Of a stretch of DNA of 64,000 bases, positions 46,484 through 57,367 are shown piece by piece (the first letter of the stretch is position 1; every line of letters begins with the position of its first letter). Source of the stretch: an uncultured Bacteroidota bacterium (lineage in GTDB: Bacteria > Bacteroidota > Ignavibacteria > Ignavibacteriales > Ignavibacteriaceae); the NCBI GenBank assembly GCA_963771705.1, contig CAVYUP010000004.1, positions 126,656 to 190,655 on the forward strand, read 5' to 3'. The notes beneath the pieces are model-generated. The model ran no database searches. It had not been told where the DNA came from and saw only the letters and a program-made list of their open reading frames with translations. The translations under genes were made by a program, and so were the position numbers.

Positions 46484-46611
46484 ATTTCTTACAGTTTTAG
46501 CCTGATTTATGGAGTAAAAGAGCCTGTTTATTCTTAACTTTGCAGGAATATAAGGCAATTCCGGGCATTTGTCTGTGCTTTATTCTAAATCAATTTGAGG
46601 GAGGAAATCGT

Positions 46612-47715
46612 ATGAAAAAAATCTCCGTATTGGGGGCGGGTATGGTTGGAAGCGCCATAGCCATCGACCTTTCAAAAGACCACGAGGTAACCCTTTGCGA
46701 TATCAGTGAAGAGAGGCTAAGAAAGATATCCGAAGGGACAAACATTAAAACACGACAAACTGATCTATCCGATAAAAAGCAGCTGCGTGATGCTGTAGCC
46801 GGCGCGGATATAGCAGCGGGAGCGGTTCCAGGGTTTATGGGCTTTCAGACCTTAAAGACGATAATAGAAGAAGGTAAAAACGTAGTTGACATTTCTTTCT
46901 TCGATGAAGATCCCTTCAAGCTTGATGAACTTGCGAAGCAGAACGGGATTACTGCTGTAGTAGACTGCGGGGTAGCTCCCGGATTAAGCAACTTAATTCT
47001 CGGCTATCACAACGCAAAGATGAAGGTGGATTCCTTTGAATGTTATGTGGGGGGACTGCCGGTAGAGCGCAAGTGGCCCTTTGAATATAAAGCACCCTTT
47101 TCGCCGCCGGATGTAATAGAAGAGTACACTCGTCCCGCCAGGATAAAAGAAAACGGAAAAGTTATAACCAGGCCGGCATTATCGGACCCCGAGCTGATTG
47201 AAACAGAAGCAGGAACACTTGAAGCCTTTAATACGGACGGGTTACGGTCGCTGCTTACCACAATAAAAATTCCCGATATGAAAGAGAAGACCCTTCGGTA
47301 CCCAGGTCACATCGAACTGATGCGGGTTCTGAGAGAAACGGGATTCTTCAGCAAGGATGAAGTTGAAATAGGGGGGAAGATGATAAGACCCCTTGATCTA
47401 TCTTCAAAACTTCTTTTCCCTATATGGAAGCTTGAAGAAGGGGAAGAGGAATTCACATACCTCAAAGTTATAGTTAAAGGCGAAGGAAGAGAAATTGAGT
47501 ATTCGCTTTTAGACAAATATGATAAGGCAACGCACACAACATCAATGGCAAGGACCACTGGATACACCTGCACGGCGGCTGTGAACCTGGTATTAAACGG
47601 AAGCTATGAGCGTAAAGGTATCTCGCCGCCTGAGTATATAGGCAGCGAAGGGAACTGTTTTGATGAGATACTTAAATACCTTAGCGAAAGAAATATTAAA
47701 ATTATGGAGAAATAA
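46612..47715 (+). CDS. Saccharopine dehydrogenase-family NAD(P) oxidoreductase
   Basis: Rossmann motif VLGAGMVGSAIA preceded by a gagggagg RBS. The GVAPGLSN motif is present. The ORF-track start at 46540 is unlikely. Confidence 0.75.
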   Translation: MKKISVLGAGMVGSAIAIDLSKDHEVTLCDISEERLRKISEGTNIKTRQTDLSDKKQLRDAVAGADIAAGAVPGFMGFQTLKTIIEEGKNVVDISFFDEDPFKLDELAKQNGITAVVDCGVAPGLSNLILGYHNAKMKVDSFECYVGGLPVERKWPFEYKAPFSPPDVIEEYTRPARIKENGKVITRPALSDPELIETEAGTLEAFNTDGLRSLLTTIKIPDMKEKTLRYPGHIELMRVLRETGFFSKDEVEIGGKMIRPLDLSSKLLFPIWKLEEGEEEFTYLKVIVKGEGREIEYSLLDKYDKATHTTSMARTTGYTCTAAVNLVLNGSYERKGISPPEYIGSEGNCFDEILKYLSERNIKIMEK

Positions 47716-47757
47716 TATTATTTTTAATCTGTCATTTGCAACCTTGTAATATACACT

Positions 47758-49314
47758 ATGAAAAGTGAACCGGGACATTTTGCAATACCGCGCAGTACTC
47801 AGACCACATTACTTGTAATATCTCTTTTTACGCTAATCCTTCATTTAGCAACAAACCTGATTGCAAGCTACGGAATTTTCAGAGATGAATTTTATTACTT
47901 AGCGTGTACGAATCATTTGGCGGCGGGATATGTAGATCAGCCGCCCTTTTCCATTTATGTGCTGGCTGTAAGCAGACTTTTATTCGGTGATTCACTTTTT
48001 GCGATAAGGCTCTTTCCTGCCATAATAGCAGCATTCACCGTCTATTTTACCGGCTTAATCACTATAAGGTTAGGAGGAGGATTCACCGCTGTGCTGATTG
48101 CATGTATTACTCTTGCCTTCTCTCCAATTTTCCTGGGTATGAACACCATTTTTTCAATGAACTCTTTCGACCATTTCTTCTGGATTCTATCCGCATATCT
48201 GGTTGTAAGGATCATTCAGGAAGATAGATCTTCTTTATGGATTATTCTTGGCGTTGTAATTGGACTAGGGATGCTGAATAAGATAAGTATGGCCTGGTTC
48301 GGGGCGGGATTATTTACCGGCATCATCTTAACCCCATTGAGAGCAAAATTAAAGACGCCCTGGCCGTACCTTGCTGCCTTAACTGCCCTTATAATTTTCT
48401 CTCCTTTTATTATCTGGAATATTACGCACGATTTTGCCCACATTGAATTTATGAGGAACGCTTCTCAATACAAATATTCCACACTGACGCCGATAGATTT
48501 TATGAGCGGACAGCTGCTGCTGCCAGGACCGCTTGCTATATTCGTCTGGCTGCCGGGAATATTATATCTGCTGTTCGGCAGGCAATTGAAGGATTACAGA
48601 ATATTAGGAATCATTTTTCTTACGACATTTATTATCCTTGTGATCAACTGGCACAGTAAGGCAGAATACCTTACGGCAGCATATCCGCTGGTATATGCAG
48701 GTGGCGGCATATTCCTGGAAAGAGTAGTCTCAGGCCGTAATTATGGATGGCTGAAGTATGCTGTTCTAATTTCAATAATTATCACAGGTCTTATCAGTAT
48801 GCCTATGGCTCTGCCGATACTTCCCGTAGATACTTTTATCTCCTACTCAAAATTTTTAGGTATATCACAGCAGAACTCAGAGGATAAAGAACTTGCGGAT
48901 CTCCCCCAGTTTTACGCTGATATGTTCGGGTGGGAGGATTATGCTGCTGACGTCTCAAGGGTTTATCGGTCGCTTCCTGACACGGAGAAGCCTTTTACGG
49001 TGGTCTTTGCGCATAATTATGGTGAAGCAGGAGCCCTTGAATATTATTCTTCCCGGTATAAGCTGCCCGCTGTTATTTGTCCTCACAACTCATACTGGTA
49101 CTGGGCGAACCCCGATACAAGTAAAATAAAGACCGTAATCATAACGGGTGGGAATTTAGAAGATCACAGATCTGCCTGCAGGAATGTTAAGGAAGCGGCG
49201 ATTCATAAAGCAAAGTATTCTATGCCGTACGAAAACAATCTTCCGATTTATATCTGCCGGGATATTTACCGCTCGCTCAGGGAGATCTGGCTGCAGTCGA
49301 AAACATTCATCTGA
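47758..49314 (+). CDS. GT39/ArnT-like polytopic glycosyltransferase
   Basis: RDEFYYL...YVDQPPF loop motif near the N-terminus, about 11 TM helices, and a soluble C-terminal domain. Confidence 0.75.
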   Translation: MKSEPGHFAIPRSTQTTLLVISLFTLILHLATNLIASYGIFRDEFYYLACTNHLAAGYVDQPPFSIYVLAVSRLLFGDSLFAIRLFPAIIAAFTVYFTGLITIRLGGGFTAVLIACITLAFSPIFLGMNTIFSMNSFDHFFWILSAYLVVRIIQEDRSSLWIILGVVIGLGMLNKISMAWFGAGLFTGIILTPLRAKLKTPWPYLAALTALIIFSPFIIWNITHDFAHIEFMRNASQYKYSTLTPIDFMSGQLLLPGPLAIFVWLPGILYLLFGRQLKDYRILGIIFLTTFIILVINWHSKAEYLTAAYPLVYAGGGIFLERVVSGRNYGWLKYAVLISIIITGLISMPMALPILPVDTFISYSKFLGISQQNSEDKELADLPQFYADMFGWEDYAADVSRVYRSLPDTEKPFTVVFAHNYGEAGALEYYSSRYKLPAVICPHNSYWYWANPDTSKIKTVIITGGNLEDHRSACRNVKEAAIHKAKYSMPYENNLPIYICRDIYRSLREIWLQSKTFI

Positions 49315-49372
49315 TGTTTGATTAAAATTCCAACTTACGAGAGCTGTTTTAAGTTATCTTTTTGAAGGAGAG

Positions 49373-49431
49373 ATAACAGAGAAAGAGTTCACAGGTGATT
49401 ATCTTGCTGTAAAACCCTCTTTCTCTGTTAT
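49373..49431. repeat. Perfect 15-bp inverted repeat (ataacagagaaagag / ctctttctctgttat) with a 29-nt loop
   Basis: Read directly. The arms are 49373-49387 and 49417-49431, in the convergent intergenic region between GT39 and pepF. Confidence 0.85.
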
Positions 49432-49629
49432 TTGGGGGAAAGAGTTAAATATTAATAATCACTTAACCGATGATTAATTTCTGAAGCAAGATATGGCTTA
49501 AGATTTAATTATCCTGTGCTTTGACTACGGGATATAGAGGATTCTTGCCTGTAGTCACCCCTGATATTCAACCGGCCCGCTGTTAACGCAGGCCGGCTGA
49601 ATAAGCTTGTATGATATCACAAATTTTGT

Positions 49630-51507
49630 TTACTTCTTTGAAAGAATCTCTTCCATCTGATCCATCACATTATTCATTTTCTTCATTGTGAGTTCAAAAG
49701 GCTCGGCCGAAAGAGGGTCAATTCCTGCTTTTTTTATCAGCTCTATTGGATATTCAGAACTTCCACCCTTCAGGATATTATAGTACTTATCAACCGCGGG
49801 CTTTCCTTCATCCAATACTTTCTGAGCAAGAGCCGTTGAATAGATAATAGATGTTGAATACTGATATACATAGTAAGTATAGTTGACGAAATGAGGGATA
49901 TATTCCCATTCATATGCAACGTAAGGATCAACAATACAGATTCCCTTATCATTGCCGTAATATTCCTTTACAAGATCATAATATATCTTGCTGAGATTTT
50001 CGCCGGTAATCGGTTCCTGATTCTCAGCCATTTCGTGTGCTTTCAGTTCAAACTCAGCAAAGAGGGTCTGACGGAATATCGTAGTTCTGAGAAGATCGAG
50101 ATAACTTCCGAGCAGGTATAACTTCTCATCATCATTTTTTACATGATTAACCATGTAGTTATTCAGGAGGTTCTCATTGAAAGTTGAAGCAATTTCAGCA
50201 ACGAAAGTAGGGTAATCTGCCGTAGCGAAGGGCTGGTTCTTACTTGAGAAATAACTATGCATAGTATGACCAAGCTCGTGAGCCAGAGTAGAGACAGACT
50301 CATAATCATCATTCCAGTTCATAAGAATGTAGGGATGCACATCATAAGCGCTGCCTGAAGAATACGCACCGCTTCTTTTGCCGACGTTCGGGAGGAAGTC
50401 TATCCATCCGCTTCCGAAAGCTTTATTCAGGGTAGCTATGTAATCTTCGCCCATCGGCTGAAGAGCCTTCTTAATTACATCTTCACCCTGCTCAACCGTG
50501 AAATCCATTTCAACTTTTTTAACCAGGGGAGTATAAAGATCATAATAATGGAGAGTATCTACCCCAAGCATTTGCTTTTTAAGTTTAAGAAAACGCTGAA
50601 GAGTAGGGAGGCTGTTATGTATCTGTTTAACAAGGTTGGTGTACACGCTGACGGGGATATTAGGACCGTCGACAGAGGCAGCCAGCGAAGATTCATATTT
50701 TTTGTCCTTCGCATAAACCCAGTCGGTTTTAACTTTGCCTGCATAGTTCGCGCCGATTGTATTCTCGAATTCCCCATACTTATTAAAGAAGGCGTCAAAT
50801 ATCTTTGCTCTGTCTTCTCTAACGCCAGTTGACCTGTACTTTGTATAAGCAGAGTTTGTAAGAGTAACCTCTTCGCCTGTAGAAAGATTAACCTTAGCAT
50901 AAGGCATTTCGGCATTATTAAAAACATTATAAACCTCGGAAGGTGTTTCTGTGATAAGTCCGAAAGAAGCCAGTATTTTTTCCTGATCGGCAGAAAGAGT
51001 ATGCGCTCTCATCCTCTGGGTATCTTCAATATACATTTTATACTGATCGAGCTTTGGTTCTTTAGCAAAAAAATCTTTTACTTTTGCGGGATCCATCGCG
51101 AGAATTTCGGGACTGATCCATGAAGTAGCTTCAGAGAATTTAGTTCCCAAAGTAGAGGCTTCCTGCCTTAATGCCTGGTTGGAAGAAATAGAAAGATCCT
51201 CGTCGGCCAGGAGTCCTGAATAGGTAGAAAAGCGGAAGTATTCCTTTAGTGTATTGAAATAAAGATCCATCGCGTTAAGGAGTGTAGACGCGTCCTGATC
51301 GAGTTTACCTTTATAGGATTCAATTTTATCGATGTTGCTGCTGACTTCTGTTTTAGCACTCTTCCAGTCGGCGAGCGAAGCATAGAGGTCGGTTAAGCTC
51401 CATTTATATTTCTCCGGAATTTCTTTCCTTGTTTTGGTCTGAGGGAAAGAACTAACCACGAACGTTACTAATAGAATTATGATAAGGTAAGATTTAAGTC
51501 GTAACAT
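49630..51507 (-). CDS. pepF: Oligoendopeptidase F (M3B), with signal peptide
   Basis: HELGHTMH zinc motif. Length and overall M3B pattern fit. N-terminal hydrophobic leader. Confidence 0.85.
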   Translation of the reverse strand: MLRLKSYLIIILLVTFVVSSFPQTKTRKEIPEKYKWSLTDLYASLADWKSAKTEVSSNIDKIESYKGKLDQDASTLLNAMDLYFNTLKEYFRFSTYSGLLADEDLSISSNQALRQEASTLGTKFSEATSWISPEILAMDPAKVKDFFAKEPKLDQYKMYIEDTQRMRAHTLSADQEKILASFGLITETPSEVYNVFNNAEMPYAKVNLSTGEEVTLTNSAYTKYRSTGVREDRAKIFDAFFNKYGEFENTIGANYAGKVKTDWVYAKDKKYESSLAASVDGPNIPVSVYTNLVKQIHNSLPTLQRFLKLKKQMLGVDTLHYYDLYTPLVKKVEMDFTVEQGEDVIKKALQPMGEDYIATLNKAFGSGWIDFLPNVGKRSGAYSSGSAYDVHPYILMNWNDDYESVSTLAHELGHTMHSYFSSKNQPFATADYPTFVAEIASTFNENLLNNYMVNHVKNDDEKLYLLGSYLDLLRTTIFRQTLFAEFELKAHEMAENQEPITGENLSKIYYDLVKEYYGNDKGICIVDPYVAYEWEYIPHFVNYTYYVYQYSTSIIYSTALAQKVLDEGKPAVDKYYNILKGGSSEYPIELIKKAGIDPLSAEPFELTMKKMNNVMDQMEEILSKK

Positions 51508-51661
51508 AAAAGCTCCCTGAATAATATTAAAAAATTAACACCGTAAATTAAATAATTTAGCGGATGGATGGAAAAATAAGGTTTTATTATAACCCGGAAC
51601 AATAAATATGTTGGCCTAATTCGTTAAATTTAAAGACTTGTTCAATAAAATTAAGTAAAGT

Positions 51662-52651
51662 ATGAATCGTGATTTCGACGTAATTATAATAGGGGCAGGA
51701 CCAATAGGCATCACCTGCGGTATTGAGGCCGTAAAGAGAAAATACAGTCATTTAATAATCGAAAAAGGCTGTCTGGTTAATTCTCTCTTCCACTATCCAA
51801 CCAATATGGTATTCTTCTCTACTTCAGAGAGGCTGGAAATAGGCGAAGTTCCTTTTGTATCTCACGGCGATAAACCAACCAGACGCGAAGCTCTTGAATA
51901 TTTCAGGAGAGTTGTAAGCAGCTGGGGATTAAACATAAAAACTTATGAGAGAGTAACCGCGATTAATGAAGCGGGGGATTTATACCGGGTGATAACAGAT
52001 AAAGCGGAGTACACAGCGCGAAACATCATTATCTCTACAGGTTTTTACGATAAACCCAACCTGCTTAACATTCCCGGTGAAAACCTTCCAAAAGTAAAGC
52101 ATTACTTTGATGAGGCTCATCCATATGTTTATCTGAAGCTGATAGTAATAGGAGGAGGGAATTCGGCAGTTGACGTAGCGCTGGAAACATACCGACGCGG
52201 CTCAGAGGTAACGATGGTTATAAGGGAGGATTCACTTAAAGAAGGGGTTAAATACTGGGTACGGCCCGATATTAAAAACAGGATAAACGAAGGATCAATT
52301 AAAGCATACTTTAATTCGAAAGTAACAGAGATAAGGGAGGATGAGGCTGACATCGAAACGCCTGAGGGGATACTGACTGTTAAAAATGATTTTGTATTTG
52401 CAATGACGGGCTACCATCCCGACTTTGATTTCCTTAAAAAGGCGGGAATTGAAATATCGAAGGAATATTGTCCCATTTATAACGACGAAACCTATGAAAC
52501 TAACAGAGAAAGGATTTATCTTGCAGGTGTAGTTTGCGGCGGAATGGATACGAGCCGGTTCTTTATAGAGAATTCCCGTTCACACGCAGAGGCTGTTTTT
52601 AACTCAATTGACAGTAAAAGATCACAAATCCCGGCCGGGAAGACAAAATAA
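51662..52651 (+). CDS. FAD-dependent pyridine nucleotide-disulfide oxidoreductase, YpdA-like (putative bacillithiol-disulfide reductase family)
   Basis: DVIIIGAGPIG FAD motif and a second GGGNSAVD dinucleotide motif. No CxxC is present, and the length is about 330 aa. Confidence 0.6.
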   Translation: MNRDFDVIIIGAGPIGITCGIEAVKRKYSHLIIEKGCLVNSLFHYPTNMVFFSTSERLEIGEVPFVSHGDKPTRREALEYFRRVVSSWGLNIKTYERVTAINEAGDLYRVITDKAEYTARNIIISTGFYDKPNLLNIPGENLPKVKHYFDEAHPYVYLKLIVIGGGNSAVDVALETYRRGSEVTMVIREDSLKEGVKYWVRPDIKNRINEGSIKAYFNSKVTEIREDEADIETPEGILTVKNDFVFAMTGYHPDFDFLKKAGIEISKEYCPIYNDETYETNRERIYLAGVVCGGMDTSRFFIENSRSHAEAVFNSIDSKRSQIPAGKTK

Positions 52652-52728
52652 CTTCCTTAGGTTTGATGAGAAGAATAAATAACATTATCTTATAAAATAT
52701 ATGAAGAGAAAAATAAAGAGGAGAAATT

Positions 52729-53775
52729 ATGGCAGATAAAATAAAAGAATTACTCGGCAGTGATGCAGAATCACTTCTGAGCTATAAAGCGAAATTTCCC
52801 AAAGAGCAGCTGAACCTGCCGGGACCGGACTTTGTAGACAGGGTATTTGCGCAGACCGACAGAAATATAAATGTAATGAAAAATCTTCAATGGATATTCA
52901 GTACAGGCAGACTAGCGGGCACAGGCTACGTTTCGATTCTCCCTGTTGACCAGGGAATTGAACACAGCGCAGGAGCATCATTTGCTCCTAATCCCGAATA
53001 TTTCGATCCGCTGAACATAGTAAAACTTGCTGTTGAAGGAGGCTGCAACGCGGTTGCTTCGACCCTTGGAGTGCTGGGAATGTGCTCAAGGAAGTACGCA
53101 CATAAAATACCTTTCATTATGAAGATAAATCATAATGAACTGCTGACCTATCCGAACCACTATGATCAGATTATGTTTGCAGGGGTAGATCAGGCCTATG
53201 ATATGGGAGCCGCTGCAATAGGCGCTACAATATATTTTGGATCAGAAGAGAGCGACAGGCAGATTATAGAAGTAAGCGAAGCTTTCCAGTATGCGCACGA
53301 GCTGGGACTTGCCACAATTCTGTGGTGCTATCTTCGCAACAATGATTTCAAAAAAGATAAAGACTATCACGTTGCCGCTGATCTTACAGGTCAGGCAAAT
53401 CATCTCGGTGTAACAATTGAAGCCGATATAATTAAGCAAAAACTTCCCGAGAACAACGGAGGTTTTAACGCTATAAAGTTCGGTAAAACAAGCAAGAAGG
53501 TATACGAAGATCTTACGACTGACCACCCGATAGATCTTACACGCTACCAGGTTATAAATAATTATCTGGGAAGAGCGGGCTTGATTAACAGCGGCGGAGC
53601 CTCAGGTGAAAATGATTTTGCCGAAGCTACAAAAACCGCGGTTATAAATAAAAGAGCGGGCGGAATGGGTTTGATCTCAGGAAGAAAAGCTTTCCAGCGT
53701 CCGATGAAAGAAGGAATAAAACTTCTCAACACTATTCAGGATGTTTACCTTAGTAAAGAAGTAACCATCGCCTGA
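52729..53775 (+). CDS. fbaB: Class I fructose-bisphosphate aldolase (DhnA/FbaB type)
   Basis: Near-colinear with E. coli FbaB as I remember it: [70 protein letters not shown]. Confidence 0.9.
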   Translation: MADKIKELLGSDAESLLSYKAKFPKEQLNLPGPDFVDRVFAQTDRNINVMKNLQWIFSTGRLAGTGYVSILPVDQGIEHSAGASFAPNPEYFDPLNIVKLAVEGGCNAVASTLGVLGMCSRKYAHKIPFIMKINHNELLTYPNHYDQIMFAGVDQAYDMGAAAIGATIYFGSEESDRQIIEVSEAFQYAHELGLATILWCYLRNNDFKKDKDYHVAADLTGQANHLGVTIEADIIKQKLPENNGGFNAIKFGKTSKKVYEDLTTDHPIDLTRYQVINNYLGRAGLINSGGASGENDFAEATKTAVINKRAGGMGLISGRKAFQRPMKEGIKLLNTIQDVYLSKEVTIA

Positions 53776-53797
53776 TCATTTCAGCAAATCTTAAAGT

Positions 53798-53821
53798 TGG
53801 GACTGACCGCTGTCAGTCCCA
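53798..53821. terminator. Strong hairpin between convergent fbaB and the cytochrome c gene (possible bidirectional terminator)
   Basis: tgggactgac / gtcagtccca, a 10-bp stem with a 4-nt loop. There is no clear U-tract on either side. Confidence 0.5.
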
Positions 53822-53853
53822 CTTACTTCAGTTAATCTTTTTAATTCAGCCGG

Positions 53854-54279
53854 CTATTTCAGATTCAGAAGGTACTCTGAGATCTTCCCTAATTCCTGCA
53901 CATTTATATTAGTGAAAGAAGGCATAACCATGCCCGGATACTCCTTCTGATATGCCTTAAACCTTTCCCCGTCCATAAAAGAAGAAGGGTTTCTCAGGTA
54001 ATTTGTCAGCTGGTCCTTACTCCAATACTGGCTCAGGTTCTGTAAAGAGGGGGCCATCCTGCTTCCCTCGAGATCCTGTCCATGGCAGTTTCTGCAGCCC
54101 AGCTTGTTAATAAGTTCTACCGGGCTAAGGTCTTCGTTCGAAGCCATATTCTGCTGGGAAACAGGACTATTCATCGGACCGGTAGATTTGCTCCCCGGCT
54201 CATTAGTTACTCTCTGTAGAAGAAATAACAGTATAAAAAGAACCAGGAAAGCTGCTACCCATATTTGCGGTTTTGTCAT
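53854..54279 (-). CDS. Membrane-anchored mono-heme c-type cytochrome
   Basis: N-terminal TM, CRNCHG heme-binding motif, and a downstream PGMVMPSF candidate Met ligand. Confidence 0.8.
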   Translation of the reverse strand: MTKPQIWVAAFLVLFILLFLLQRVTNEPGSKSTGPMNSPVSQQNMASNEDLSPVELINKLGCRNCHGQDLEGSRMAPSLQNLSQYWSKDQLTNYLRNPSSFMDGERFKAYQKEYPGMVMPSFTNINVQELGKISEYLLNLK

Positions 54280-54306
54280 TAGTCAGTTCAGTTTTTTATC
54301 GGAAAA

Positions 54307-55038
54307 TTATTCTATTTCAAAAGAAGCGTTAACAACTGCTGTTATCTCTTTTTCTATAGAGCTTAAATCGTTAATACCATAATCAGATACCTGGTTAGAC
54401 AATCTGGGCGTAATTTGTATAACACCCATCCTTGCGTCGCGCATAGATCCCAGCGAACGCCCCGTTGCCTTCGCTATTTTCTTGGCACGCACCATCGCAT
54501 CTTTTGCGGCATCCGCCTGTATATCAATCTTAAGATCGGCAAGTTTAGTGTAGTGATACTCAGGCTGTTCCACATTAAAGTTAACGCCCTTTTCCACAAC
54601 AGAGGGAATATCGAGTGAAATCTCTTTTATTTTGTTTACGTCAGTCGATTGTATCTCCAATCGCTGACTGTAATTATATGCCCGTATTACACCCGTCTGG
54701 TAGCCATTTGCGCCAATTTCATATACGGGAAAACTGTTTATGGTATAAAACTCAATTTTGTCTTCAGGAAATCCTTTCGCTGAAAGATAAGAGATAAGCA
54801 CGGGCTTCATCTTCGCGAGTTCCCTGTAGGCTTCCTCCGCTGTAGGGGCTTGAGTACTAACCGTACCTCTTAGAACACCAAGGTCAGAGATGATATCCTT
54901 TTTCGCTGAACCCGTAACGTTGATCGTCTGGTTCGAGGTATAATTAGACTTCCAGGTTACGGCGAGTATGATTGCGCAGATAATGATTGCCGCAGAACCT
55001 AGTACTGCAGGTATTAAAAGATTGTCTTTGTTGTTCAT
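54307..55038 (-). CDS. SIMPL-domain (DUF541) protein, membrane anchored
   Basis: N-terminal TM. The size of about 240 aa and the motifs (I.V.G.a...v.pD, A...A...A..iA) are typical of SIMPL. Confidence 0.7.
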   Translation of the reverse strand: MNNKDNLLIPAVLGSAAIIICAIILAVTWKSNYTSNQTINVTGSAKKDIISDLGVLRGTVSTQAPTAEEAYRELAKMKPVLISYLSAKGFPEDKIEFYTINSFPVYEIGANGYQTGVIRAYNYSQRLEIQSTDVNKIKEISLDIPSVVEKGVNFNVEQPEYHYTKLADLKIDIQADAAKDAMVRAKKIAKATGRSLGSMRDARMGVIQITPRLSNQVSDYGINDLSSIEKEITAVVNASFEIE

Positions 55039-55305
55039 AAGGAAATATTAAAAAATGTTTGAGAAAATTATTAAAAATGTATCTTCTTAACAACTTATAA
55101 AGGAAGGCAGTTCCAATACTTAAGGAAATTACTCCCTTTACGGGATATATGCTTTGCGCATTAAAAAGAACAATACTACTAGGGCGCGTAATTATTACAA
55201 ATTATTTAATGCCGCTCACTTTTTTACCGGGGCGACGCCGTTTAATTGGGGTAAGTGATGTCAAATTGTTATCTTCATTTAAATAAAATTATAAGTGATG
55301 AATAG

Positions 55306-57366
55306 ATGAATCGGCTATCAGAAGAAAATAGTCCTTACCTGCTTCAGCATGCGGGTAATCCGGTTGACTGGTTTCCCTGGGGAAGCGAGGCATTTACAAA
55401 AGCGGCTGAAGAAGACAAACCGGTTTTCTTATCGATAGGATATTCAACCTGCCACTGGTGCCATGTAATGGAGAAAGAATCGTTTGAGGATGAAGAGACC
55501 GCCCGGAGGATGAACGAGGTTTTTGTATCGATAAAGGTTGACCGGGAGGAAAGACCCGATGTCGACGGGATATATATGCAGGTGTGCCAGATGCTTACGG
55601 GGAGCGGGGGATGGCCTCTTACAATTATAATGACACCGGATAAGAAACCGTTTTTTGCGGGGACATACTTTCCGAGGGAATCGAGGTTCGGCAGGCCGGG
55701 TATGAAGGAACTTATATCGCGGATAAAGAATATCTGGCTTACCAAGCGCGATGATATAAATAAATCGGCTTCAGAAATTACCGACGCTGTAAGAGATGAT
55801 TCTGCTATGGCATCAGGTGAATTAAACGAACATATTTTTGAAGAAGCATTTGACGGTTTCAAAGAAAGATTCGACAGCGAATACGGAGGCTTCGGGAGCG
55901 CTCCCAAGTTCCCCTCGCCTCACAATCTCAGTTTCCTGCTGCGGTATTATAAGAGCTTTAAGAATCAGGATGCCTTGAAAATGACAGAGAAAACTCTTGA
56001 TGAAATGAGACGCGGAGGCATTTACGATCATATCGGTTATGGATTCCACCGGTACTCAACCGACAGACAGTGGCTGGTTCCGCACTTCGAGAAAATGCTG
56101 TACGATCAGGCTCTGCTTACTACCGCTTATGTGGAACTGTACCAGGCAACAGGTAAAAAAAAATATAAAGAAACTGCGGAAGAAATTCTTGAATACGTAC
56201 TGCGCGATATGACCTCCCCTGAAGGAGGTTTTTACTCGGCTGAAGATGCCGACAGTGAAGGTGAGGAAGGGAAGTTTTACCTGTGGACACAAGAGGAATT
56301 TGAAAAGGTCACGGGAGAGAACGCCGGGTTACTATCGGAGATATTCAACCTGAAACCTGAAGGGAATTTTTCTGATCCATTAAATGAAAGCACTGAGCCT
56401 GGCAATATACTTCACCTTAAAAAGGCATTATCCGAATTGTCCCGGGAGGCGGATCTCTCCGAAGAAGCGCTTAAAGAAAAAATAGATGAGGTCAGGGAAA
56501 AATTATTTAAGGTAAGCGAGCATAGGGTGCATCCGTATAAGGATGATAAGATACTTACCGACTGGAACGGACTAATGATCTCTGCTTTTGCCAAAGCCGC
56601 CCGAGCATTCGGCAGCAGCTTATATGAAGATGCCGCCGTTAAAGCCATAAATTTTATAATGACTAACCTTAGAACGGAAGAAGGGAAACTGCTTCACCGG
56701 TTCAGGAATGAAGAAGCCGGGATCACCGGAAATATTGATGATTACGTGTTTATGGTTTCGGCACTGATCGATTTGTATGAAACTACGTTTGATATAAGTC
56801 TGCTTAAAACCGCGATAGAACTGAACGATCATCTATTTCAACATTTCTATGATGATAAAAATGGAGGGTTCTACTTTACTCCCGATTACGGTGAAGAACT
56901 TATCACCCGAAGAAAGGAAATATATGATGGAGCCATTCCGTCAGGGAATTCTGTAGCAATACATAATCTTCTGAAGCTGGGGAGAATTACCGCGAACACC
57001 GATTTAGAAGCTAAAGCCGATGAAACCGCCCGCTTCTTTTCCGGGCAGATCAAAAGGATGCCGTCTGCATTTGCAGGGTTTCTTTCGGGACTATTTACAG
57101 CTTACCGGGATTCACTTGAGATAGTTATTGCGGGGAGTAAAGATGATCAGTCGACAAAAGAAATTCTTGAATATTTCGGCAGGAATTTTATTCCTCACAA
57201 AATAATATTGCTGAAAGAACCGGGCGAAACAGAACTGGCCAAGCTTGCCCCTTTTACAGAACAAATGACTCAGCAGGGGAAGTCAGCCTCGGTATACATA
57301 TGCCGCCATTACGCCTGTGAAATGCCGGTAACTTCTGTTGATGAAATTAAAAGAATACTGGGGTAA
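55306..57366 (+). CDS. DUF255 thioredoxin-domain protein fused to a six-hairpin (N-acylglucosamine epimerase-like) domain (YyaL-like)
   Basis: N-terminal [23 protein letters not shown] and CHWCHVM motifs. Length about 690 aa. Confidence 0.85.
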   Translation: MNRLSEENSPYLLQHAGNPVDWFPWGSEAFTKAAEEDKPVFLSIGYSTCHWCHVMEKESFEDEETARRMNEVFVSIKVDREERPDVDGIYMQVCQMLTGSGGWPLTIIMTPDKKPFFAGTYFPRESRFGRPGMKELISRIKNIWLTKRDDINKSASEITDAVRDDSAMASGELNEHIFEEAFDGFKERFDSEYGGFGSAPKFPSPHNLSFLLRYYKSFKNQDALKMTEKTLDEMRRGGIYDHIGYGFHRYSTDRQWLVPHFEKMLYDQALLTTAYVELYQATGKKKYKETAEEILEYVLRDMTSPEGGFYSAEDADSEGEEGKFYLWTQEEFEKVTGENAGLLSEIFNLKPEGNFSDPLNESTEPGNILHLKKALSELSREADLSEEALKEKIDEVREKLFKVSEHRVHPYKDDKILTDWNGLMISAFAKAARAFGSSLYEDAAVKAINFIMTNLRTEEGKLLHRFRNEEAGITGNIDDYVFMVSALIDLYETTFDISLLKTAIELNDHLFQHFYDDKNGGFYFTPDYGEELITRRKEIYDGAIPSGNSVAIHNLLKLGRITANTDLEAKADETARFFSGQIKRMPSAFAGFLSGLFTAYRDSLEIVIAGSKDDQSTKEILEYFGRNFIPHKIILLKEPGETELAKLAPFTEQMTQQGKSASVYICRHYACEMPVTSVDEIKRILG

Positions 57367-57367
57367 A

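Noticed and set aside
46484-46611. Extended N-termini for both divergent genes (TTG at 46558 for the ABC1 kinase, ATG at 46540 for saccharopine dehydrogenase)
   Set aside because: The two extensions would overlap each other on opposite strands. The dehydrogenase has a strong gagggagg RBS before the ATG at 46612, directly preceding its Rossmann motif.
55344-55907. 187-aa ORF on the - strand
   Set aside because: It is antisense to the DUF255 thioredoxin-domain gene and is a shadow ORF. The same reasoning applies to 30459-31001, 45185-45691, 14878-15363, 63287-63868 and 26018-26494.
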